A stretch of 64,000 bases of DNA from Bacteroides sp. (GTDB lineage: Bacteria; Bacteroidota; Bacteroidia; Bacteroidales; GCA-2748055): NCBI GenBank assembly GCA_011056635.1, contig DSEO01000153.1, positions 7,563-71,562 on the forward strand. Direction: 5' to 3'. Under the pieces are notes generated by a model, which saw only the letters and a list, made by a program, of their open reading frames with translations, did not search any database and had not been told where the DNA came from. The position numbers and the translations under genes are program-made. Positions 52,760-60,206 of this stretch are shown piece by piece. Numbering within the stretch: position 1 is the first letter of the stretch; every line of letters begins with the position of its first letter.

Positions 52760-54490
52760 ATGAGAAAAATGAAAAAAATTAAATATCTAATTTTAGTAGT
52801 TTCCGTCGCATTGGTGTCCGGTGTCTCCTGTGATGTCCTGGAAGAAGAGATCATTTCGGGAATCACCGTGGATACCCATTACAGCACACCGGATGGATTC
52901 GAAGATGCGGTGAATGCCGCTTATGAAAGGTTCCGGTATTTCTACGGCAATGAAGACGGAGGAGAGATCACGGTATTCGGAACCGATGAATACACCAACG
53001 GAGGACATGGCGGGGCCCAGTTCATCAACAAGTATATCGCGGGCCTTGACGGGTCATCCGGTACTTTCTGGAATCCCTGGCAACACTTCTACATCGGGAT
53101 CAACACCTGCAATGCGGTGATCGGCCGCGCCCCGGATGCAGATATTCCGGAAGCGGAAAAGGCCGTCATGGTGGGCGAGGTTAAATTCCTCAGGGCCCAG
53201 TATTACTTTCACCTGGTCCAGTTCTGGGGCCCGGTCCACCTGACCCTGGAAGAGACGATCGGGGTGGAGACCGAGGCCCGAAGGGACCCCGAAAGCGATA
53301 TCTATGATGCCATCATTGCGGACCTGGAGGATGCCATTGATGTGCTTCCCATGAAACAGGCTGAATGGGGCAGGATCACCAAACCGGCAGCACAGCACGC
53401 GCTTGCACATGTGTACCTGACCAGGGCCTACCAGCCTTTCGGAGAGGGAACGCAGGATTTCAGCCGGGCAGCCGACCTGGCCGTGGATGTGATCAATAAT
53501 TCGGACCGTGAACTGCTGGATGATTTCCAGCGGGTCTACAATTCGGATGACGGCAGCGGGGGACTGGTCCACAATGCCGAGAGTGAACAGAACAACGAGA
53601 TCATCTGGTCCATCCAGTTTTCCAGTGATATGATGCTGAACGGTGACGGGAACCAGTCCCATCTCCACTTCAGACCTTGGTACGAGACATTCAATGACGG
53701 ACTGGACCGGGCCCTGGGTCACGGCTACGGCCGTCCCTGGATCCGTTTCAGGCCGACCCCCTGGATGCTGGAAAATTTCAGGCCGCTGGATGTGGATTCC
53801 AGGTTCGAGAAATCTTTCCAGATCGTATGGCTGTACAACACGGAAAATAACATTCCGGAAGGTGCTTCGGTAGGAGACACCGCCATCTGGATCACGGACA
53901 AGACCGCGGCCGAGTTTGACACAGCCGCCGTCCGTGCACGCCTTCCCGGTGTCAACCTGTTCACCTGGAACCTGGAGGAAATTGACCGCGACTGGTGCCT
54001 CTGGAGAACCGATGTTTCTGTGAACGCGCCCCACATCAACATCTTCCCGTGCCCCTGGAAGATCGATGACAACCTGCGGCCTTCGCTGAATGAGCAGAGA
54101 GGTTCACGCGACTACATCGTTTACAGGCTGGGCGAAACCTACCTGATTGCCGCCGAGGCCATGCTGGGCAGGGATGGCAACGGGAGCGCTGCCATGCAGT
54201 ACATCAATGCCCTCAGGGAAAGAGCTGCCTATCCGGGCAAAGAAGCCCAGATGCATGTTGGTGCAGGAGACATTGACCTGGATTTCATCCTGGACGAGTG
54301 GTCCAGGGAGTGCTTCGGGGAACAGAGCAGATGGCTTGATCTCAAACGGACAGGGAAACTGCTGGAGCGCGTCCGGGCATACAATCCCGATGCGGCACCC
54401 AACATCAAGGATTTCCACGTGTTGCGTCCAATCCCTGAGAATCAGATTACCCGGACTACCAACGATTACGGACAGAATCCGGGATACTAG
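52760..54490 (+). CDS. SusD/RagB-family outer-membrane lipoprotein
   Basis: Lipobox ALVSGVSC. SusD features include ECFGEQSRWLDLKR near the C-terminus. Directly downstream of SusC. Confidence 0.85.
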   Translation: MRKMKKIKYLILVVSVALVSGVSCDVLEEEIISGITVDTHYSTPDGFEDAVNAAYERFRYFYGNEDGGEITVFGTDEYTNGGHGGAQFINKYIAGLDGSSGTFWNPWQHFYIGINTCNAVIGRAPDADIPEAEKAVMVGEVKFLRAQYYFHLVQFWGPVHLTLEETIGVETEARRDPESDIYDAIIADLEDAIDVLPMKQAEWGRITKPAAQHALAHVYLTRAYQPFGEGTQDFSRAADLAVDVINNSDRELLDDFQRVYNSDDGSGGLVHNAESEQNNEIIWSIQFSSDMMLNGDGNQSHLHFRPWYETFNDGLDRALGHGYGRPWIRFRPTPWMLENFRPLDVDSRFEKSFQIVWLYNTENNIPEGASVGDTAIWITDKTAAEFDTAAVRARLPGVNLFTWNLEEIDRDWCLWRTDVSVNAPHINIFPCPWKIDDNLRPSLNEQRGSRDYIVYRLGETYLIAAEAMLGRDGNGSAAMQYINALRERAAYPGKEAQMHVGAGDIDLDFILDEWSRECFGEQSRWLDLKRTGKLLERVRAYNPDAAPNIKDFHVLRPIPENQITRTTNDYGQNPGY

Positions 54491-54512
54491 TGAGGTTTTA
54501 GGTTAGAGCAAT

Positions 54513-54555
54513 GCTGCCTTCCGGGAATATGAGGTGCCCCGGAAGGCAGCTTTTT
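54513..54555. terminator. Bidirectional hairpin terminator between convergent SusD and ampG-like genes
   Basis: Perfect 13-bp stem GCTGCCTTCCGGG / CCCGGAAGGCAGC with a 12-nt loop, followed by TTTTT on the + strand. It lies 23 nt after the SusD stop and 4 nt after the ampG-like stop. Confidence 0.75.
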
Positions 54556-56360
54556 CATTTCTTCTCCCTCCGGCCGAAGGAGGGATCGATCCTCAAAAAG
54601 GGGACGATGATGAAACCGGGGATGGTGCAGAGAACGACCCAGATAAAGAAATGCCGGTAACCCAACATCTCCTGGAGCCATCCGCTGATCATTCCAGGCA
54701 GCATCATGCCCAGCGCCATGAATCCGGTGGTGATGGCAAAATGGGCGGTTTTGTGTCTCCCTTCCGATACATAGATCATGTAGAGCATGTAGGCCGTGAA
54801 ACCGAAACCGTATCCGAACTGTTCCACGGCCACGGAAGCCCCCACGATCCAGAGCGATGAAGGCATGGTGAATGAAAGGAAGACATAGACCAGGTTGGGC
54901 AGGTTCATGGCAATGACCATCCACCAGAGCCAGTACTTCAGTCCCTTCCTGGACGCCGCGATCCCCCCGATGATCCCCCCCAGCGTAAGGGCGATGATCC
55001 CGATGGTCCCGTAAACCAGGCCCAGGTCACCCGTGGTCAGCCCCAGTCCCCCGTCTTCATTCGAATCCAGCAGGAAAGGTGATGCAAGTTTCACGAGCTG
55101 CGATTCTCCCAGCCGGTAGACCAGCAGGAAGAGCAGGATCACGGCAATGTGTTTTTTTCTGAAAAATTCCGCGAAGGTGGTGATGAATTCCCTGAAAAAT
55201 CCAGTTTCACCGCTTTCACCGGGTTTGTCCTCCTCCGGCCTTGGCAGGATGAAGCGGTGATAGAGAAAAAAACCGGCAAAGATGAGGGCGATGATGGCAA
55301 ACACGATGGACCAGGCCAACCGGATGTTGCCGCTGAGGCCTGTAAAGGTGGCTTCGGTGGAACGATCCAGCTTCGGATCCAGCTGGAAGAGTGCAAATGC
55401 GGGAAGGTTCCAGTTCATTTCGGTGAATTCGAACCGGTAACTTTTCACCAGTCCGATGCTTTTATCTCCCCTTTCAAAACTGAAATTAAGCACGATGCGT
55501 TCCCCTTCTTCCGGTTTTTTGCCCGGGCGAAACCAGGCCAATCCCATATTCCCTGTCCTGCCCCCGATATCCGGCTGCAGGGAAGGCTCATCCGCCCCCG
55601 AATAAAACAGGTGTTGCCTGTTCCATGCCTCCACGCGGGCCACCAGTTGTTTAGCCGAATCGACCGGGATCAGGTCCGTTCCGATCTCCACCGCTCCCAC
55701 TGTGAAGAATGCGTTGACCGCCGTATCGGCTCCCGTAACGATCTTCCCCGGATCAAAGGAGGGGATCCCTGTCTGTCCGGATGCGGTGACCGTCACCTCC
55801 ACCGGGGGGAGACCGGTCCTCGCTTCAAAATGACCGGCCAGGATCACCAGCAATCCCTGTCCGGTGAGCATGGCAATGCGATAGAACGTGCTGCGGATGC
55901 CCACGAAAAAAGCCTGGTCATGCCTGGAAAGCCCCAGCATGTAGAACCCGTCCGCTGCAATATCATGGGTTGCCGAGCTGAATGCCACCAGCCAGAAAAA
56001 GGCCAGCGTATACTGGAAAAACCTGGAAGCGGGGATGGTCAGTGCCACACCTGCCAGTCCCGCCCCCACGCAGAGCTGCATGACCAGGATCCAGAACCGC
56101 TTGGTCTTCAGCAGATCCACCACGGGACTCCAGAGCGGTTTGATCACCCAGGGCAGATAGAGCCAGCTGGTGTACAATGCAATATCGGCATTGGAAATGC
56201 CCATTCGTTTGTAGAAGATCACAGACAGGGTCATCACAAGCACATACGGGATCCCCTCCGCAAAATAGAGGGAGGGCACCCACAGCCAGGATCGTGCCCT
56301 GCCGGTTCCGGGTTTCTGTGTTTCGGGGGGATTATTCATAACATTTCCGGATGGTTGCAT
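54555..56360 (-). CDS. ampG: AmpG-family muropeptide MFS permease with a ~170-aa insertion in the central region
   Basis: AmpG-type N-terminus (WLWVPSLYFAEGIPYVLVMTLSVIFYKRMGISNADIALYTSWLYLPWVIKPLWSPVVD). Hydrophobic helices flank a hydrophilic block at about aa 178-345. Confidence 0.75.
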   Translation of the reverse strand: MQPSGNVMNNPPETQKPGTGRARSWLWVPSLYFAEGIPYVLVMTLSVIFYKRMGISNADIALYTSWLYLPWVIKPLWSPVVDLLKTKRFWILVMQLCVGAGLAGVALTIPASRFFQYTLAFFWLVAFSSATHDIAADGFYMLGLSRHDQAFFVGIRSTFYRIAMLTGQGLLVILAGHFEARTGLPPVEVTVTASGQTGIPSFDPGKIVTGADTAVNAFFTVGAVEIGTDLIPVDSAKQLVARVEAWNRQHLFYSGADEPSLQPDIGGRTGNMGLAWFRPGKKPEEGERIVLNFSFERGDKSIGLVKSYRFEFTEMNWNLPAFALFQLDPKLDRSTEATFTGLSGNIRLAWSIVFAIIALIFAGFFLYHRFILPRPEEDKPGESGETGFFREFITTFAEFFRKKHIAVILLFLLVYRLGESQLVKLASPFLLDSNEDGGLGLTTGDLGLVYGTIGIIALTLGGIIGGIAASRKGLKYWLWWMVIAMNLPNLVYVFLSFTMPSSLWIVGASVAVEQFGYGFGFTAYMLYMIYVSEGRHKTAHFAITTGFMALGMMLPGMISGWLQEMLGYRHFFIWVVLCTIPGFIIVPFLRIDPSFGRREKK

Positions 56361-57771
56361 TCCTGTAATAATGCAGGAGGATCTGGTGGTAGGTATACCC
56401 CCTGTCTGCCATCACCGCCGCACCGATCTGGCACAGTCCCACCCCGTGCCCCCAGCCGGCCCCGTGCAAGATGAATTTTCCAGGCACTCCCTCCCTGAAT
56501 CCTTCCTTTTGCACCGTGAATGCCGCACTGTAAAGGTGTGACCGGCTCAGCCAACGCCTGATCTCCAGTTCCTTCCCGATGGTGATGGTCTGCTGGGTTC
56601 CCACGATCTTCAACCGGACCAGCCTGGCCGATGCACCACGTTCCACCGGCACAAGGTCCAGGATCTTCCCGAAATCCCGCCCCGATTTCTCCCGGACCAG
56701 CGCTGCAAGTTCCTCCTGGCTGTAAGACACCTGCCAGCGAAAAAAATCCTTCGAAGCCAGGTCATAATCGTTGAGCACCATTCCGAGCAATTCCCTGTCG
56801 GATGTATTGCAGAATGCTTCCGGCCTGCTGCGGATGTATGCAACCGCGTTCCTTTCGACACGCAGGTCCGGGATCGCTCCTCCCGCGGTCTCCGGTCTGT
56901 CCGGCACGGGCTGCAGGTATGGATGCGGCACCTCCTCCCAGCAATGCTCATACCGTTCGGTGATTCCACCGCAGCATTTGGAAAACCGGGCATCGCAGAT
57001 CTCATCCCCGTAAAACAGCACTTCCCCGGCAGTGCTTTGCACCGCCCCGGCCACTTCGGGATGGTGTGCACGGGTAATCCCCTGGTAGCGCTGACAATGG
57101 TCATCGGCACACACATCGAATGTATCATGATCCTCCCGGTCGTACCACCGGATCAGCTCCTCCCCGGTTTCACGCATACTTTGCTTCCGGGGCCCGTTCC
57201 CGTCCAGGGCATTCTTTCTTTCCATCTGGGCCAGCAGCCAGCTCCGGGAAATGACCGCATGGGCTTTCAGAAATTCGGGCGGACTGCCGGCATTCATTTC
57301 CGAAGAAATGACACTGGCCAGGTAGCTTTCCACGGGGATCTCGTTGATCACCTGGATAAGGCCATCCAGGATCTCCAGCACCAGGGTCCCCCGAAATCTC
57401 TGGTCCTCCCTCCGCTCCCAGTGGAATCCGATCCCGATCACCACATCGAAGAGCTCAAAATACGCGGAATCCGGCTCACGGGGCTCGAACAGGATGGTTC
57501 CGGAAGGGGCGGCGCCACCGGGAGAAGCAGCGCCACCAGCAGTGGCAACACCGGGGGAGGTGATCCCGGGGGAGGTGATCAGCCGCGTTTCCTGCATGAC
57601 CTCCACGCGGCCGTTCCGGATGCCTGCCTCGCCGCTTCCCGACCATGGTTCGCCGCTCCCCGGTGTCAGGTATTGCCCGTTCAGCTGAAAACGGATGCTT
57701 GCGGCCCTGAGGATCCCCACCCGGACGCGGGGTGACCTGTCTCCCGTTATATGTCCTTCACCCCTAATCAT
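56332..57771 (-). CDS. SpoIID/LytB-domain protein (no recognisable signal peptide)
   Basis: SpoIID motifs PPEFLKAHAVISRSWLLAQ and DVCADDHCQRYQG. The N-terminus MIRGEGHITGDRSPRVRVG is hydrophilic. The start overlaps the upstream stop by 4 nt (ATGA). Confidence 0.75.
   Translation of the reverse strand: MIRGEGHITGDRSPRVRVGILRAASIRFQLNGQYLTPGSGEPWSGSGEAGIRNGRVEVMQETRLITSPGITSPGVATAGGAASPGGAAPSGTILFEPREPDSAYFELFDVVIGIGFHWERREDQRFRGTLVLEILDGLIQVINEIPVESYLASVISSEMNAGSPPEFLKAHAVISRSWLLAQMERKNALDGNGPRKQSMRETGEELIRWYDREDHDTFDVCADDHCQRYQGITRAHHPEVAGAVQSTAGEVLFYGDEICDARFSKCCGGITERYEHCWEEVPHPYLQPVPDRPETAGGAIPDLRVERNAVAYIRSRPEAFCNTSDRELLGMVLNDYDLASKDFFRWQVSYSQEELAALVREKSGRDFGKILDLVPVERGASARLVRLKIVGTQQTITIGKELEIRRWLSRSHLYSAAFTVQKEGFREGVPGKFILHGAGWGHGVGLCQIGAAVMADRGYTYHQILLHYYRNATIRKCYE
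57551..57580. repeat. Perfect 15-nt tandem duplication inside the SpoIID-like CDS
   Basis: CCGGGGGAGGTGATC occurs twice in a row. It encodes ITSPG-ITSPG within a Gly/Ala/Ser/Pro-rich linker. Confidence 0.9.
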
Positions 57772-58730
57772 TTTTTATGGCTCCATGCGGATACAAGGTG
57801 GTCGAGCAATGCCCCGAAGCGGTCCTCACGCATGGAAACCTGTGCGAAGATGTCCCTGATGTCATCCCCGGAGATCTGATTGAAATCCTTCTCAAGGGGC
57901 GTGATCAGCAGGCCTCCCAGGTCCACTGCGGCCGGACTGAGCAATATGTTCTTTTCTCCCTTTTCGAAAAATTGGCGGGGACGGTGCCTGTCCCGCGGAA
58001 AGACAAAAATCTGCCACCGGTCGCTGTAATATGCCAGGATATTGAGCATGGATTCGCCTCCCTCCCGAAGCTGCTTTGTAAAATCATCAATGGGGATGAA
58101 TGCATCCTTGATCCGTTCCTTCACATCCGATTCCAGCAGGATCATGCGCCTCAAGCCGTCATCCATGGCCACGGCTGTAAATCCCGGGGATTCTGCCACC
58201 GGTTTGCCATATCTTTTTACCAGGACCGGCAATTCCTCCTCGATGGGAAGGATCCCCCTGCTGCCCGCCTGGAAATGCATGTGGTCCGGTGCGGATGCCC
58301 CGCAATCCGGTCCGTTGTAAAATACCACCAGTCCGGGCAGGGCCCTGCTCAACTCAAGCAGCCATGTGACTTCGGTTCCGATGACCTGCGGGGTATGCAC
58401 GGTCCTGGCGATGGTGAGATGTTCCCTGAAAATGGGGAAGGGATTGCAGAGGATCTCGTAGGCATTGCCGAATTTCAGGGACTTTTGCTGCGGGGGACGG
58501 TTTTCGGCGCAGAGGAAACACTTCCTGTGTTTCACGGATACGGGATCGACCTTTGCCGCAGAAGAGGTGATCCGCGCGGGATTGAATTGCACCCGCATGG
58601 TGAAATCCCCGAATTGAATGGTCCTCAGGCGCACGTCCTCCAGCTTTGCATGGTTATACCCGAGCAGCGGCCAGGCCCTCAATTGCGATTCATAAAATGC
58701 ATTGACTCTTTCCTGGTATTCCATCACCAT
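57768..58730 (-). CDS. DUF4922-like protein with GalT/GDP-L-galactose-phosphorylase-type HIT motif
   Basis: 320 aa containing APDHMHFQAG (the H-x-H-x-Q motif of the GalT branch of the HIT superfamily). No signal peptide. It overlaps both neighbouring genes. Confidence 0.55.
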   Translation of the reverse strand: MVMEYQERVNAFYESQLRAWPLLGYNHAKLEDVRLRTIQFGDFTMRVQFNPARITSSAAKVDPVSVKHRKCFLCAENRPPQQKSLKFGNAYEILCNPFPIFREHLTIARTVHTPQVIGTEVTWLLELSRALPGLVVFYNGPDCGASAPDHMHFQAGSRGILPIEEELPVLVKRYGKPVAESPGFTAVAMDDGLRRMILLESDVKERIKDAFIPIDDFTKQLREGGESMLNILAYYSDRWQIFVFPRDRHRPRQFFEKGEKNILLSPAAVDLGGLLITPLEKDFNQISGDDIRDIFAQVSMREDRFGALLDHLVSAWSHKK

Positions 58731-60199
58731 TGCGCGCCTTTCTGATTGATCCGGATCCTTGCGTTCAGCTCGATGGTACGCAGGCGGTCCTTGTACGCAT
58801 CGTGCCTGTTCCTCGCTTCCGCGCTGAGGGTAGCATCCGTGTTATCTTCCCACCGCCTGCACAGGTACATGGGCCGGTAGATCCTTCCGATGCGGTAGTA
58901 TCTGCTGATGGCCAGCGCCACCCCGTAATCCTCCCCGTAACTTACATTGGGGATGTTGATCTGTCGCAGCACCGGTGTGAAAAAAGCCCGCGGAGCACCC
59001 AGTCCGTTGATGCGGAGTGCATTGTTCCTGCCGTTTTCCGGCGTCCACTCCCTGTGGTCCACGATCCCCGGCGGGATCTCCTCCAGGTCGAAGCTGGTCA
59101 CCCTGTAAGACCCGATCACCATGGCACACCGCTCCTCATAAAACGTCCGGACGATCTGTTCCAGGACCGAATCATCGTTGTACAGGTCATCGCTGTCCAG
59201 CTGGACCGCGAACCTGCCGCATGCGGCATGATGCACCGCTTCATTCCAGCAGCCCCCGATCCCCAGGTCCTTTCTCCCGGGAATGAGATGGACCAGGTTC
59301 GCATATTTTTCCCCGGCCTTTCTGACGATCTCCGTGGTCCGGTCGGTGGAGTGATTGTCCACAACGATCAGGTTGTATGCAAAGCCGGCCTTCTGGCGCA
59401 TGACCGATCCGATGGCATCGCCAATGGTCCTTTCCCGGTTCAGAACGGGAATGATCACGGAAGCTTCCGCTTCAAAGCTGCCTTCATCGAGGGACACCTC
59501 CCGGAAACGGGGTGACAGGTATGCCCCGGCATCCTGCAGATGGAGGGTGACGGCCCGCTCCATTTCCTGCTGTATTTCCCTGCCGGCAGGATCCAGGTAA
59601 TCGAAGATACTTTTCCCCGGATCTGCGACATCCGGCCGGTCCACCGTGTACAGATATTCCGGGATGCGTACCACCGGGCAATGGCGACTGATCTTCAGGC
59701 GCAGCATGTAGAGCCCTGCATGCCTGAAAGACTCGGGTATCCCTTCGGCGGCTTTTCGCAGCGCCGGGCTGCTGAAGAACAGGATGGGGCCGAAATCAAA
59801 ATCATCCCGCAGACTTCCCTGCTGGTAATCGATCACCGGATGGGGCGAAAGTTTCCCACCGGACAGGTCCAGGTGATCCGCATACACGATCCCCGCATCC
59901 ATGTCCCCCGCCACCGACAGGAACCGCTCGATGGCGAACTGTCCCAGCCGGATGGCAACCTGCCTGGTCACCACCATCGCATGGTCTGCCCCGGATGCAT
60001 ACCGGCTGATGGTACGGATGGTTTCCGTACCGAACAGTCCGTCTGTCCGGACAAACGTGCATTTTTCAACGGAAGGTCCCGTCTCTTCCTGTCCCAGCAG
60101 GAAAATCCGGCGTACATGGGGATGGGCCGAGAGCTCCTGCAGGAAGTCCGTCCGGGCCTCCGGTCCCTGCGCGGGTATGAAACAGTGAATTGTGCTCAT
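58724..60199 (-). CDS. Family-2 glycosyltransferase with ~230-aa N-terminal extension
   Basis: GT2 core ASVIIPVLNRERTIGDAIGSVMRQ...NLIVVDNHSTDRT...QLDSDD in the C-terminal half. No signal peptide or TM segment is seen. Confidence 0.75.
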   Translation of the reverse strand: MSTIHCFIPAQGPEARTDFLQELSAHPHVRRIFLLGQEETGPSVEKCTFVRTDGLFGTETIRTISRYASGADHAMVVTRQVAIRLGQFAIERFLSVAGDMDAGIVYADHLDLSGGKLSPHPVIDYQQGSLRDDFDFGPILFFSSPALRKAAEGIPESFRHAGLYMLRLKISRHCPVVRIPEYLYTVDRPDVADPGKSIFDYLDPAGREIQQEMERAVTLHLQDAGAYLSPRFREVSLDEGSFEAEASVIIPVLNRERTIGDAIGSVMRQKAGFAYNLIVVDNHSTDRTTEIVRKAGEKYANLVHLIPGRKDLGIGGCWNEAVHHAACGRFAVQLDSDDLYNDDSVLEQIVRTFYEERCAMVIGSYRVTSFDLEEIPPGIVDHREWTPENGRNNALRINGLGAPRAFFTPVLRQINIPNVSYGEDYGVALAISRYYRIGRIYRPMYLCRRWEDNTDATLSAEARNRHDAYKDRLRTIELNARIRINQKGAQW

Positions 60200-60206
60200 C
60201 GATTTT

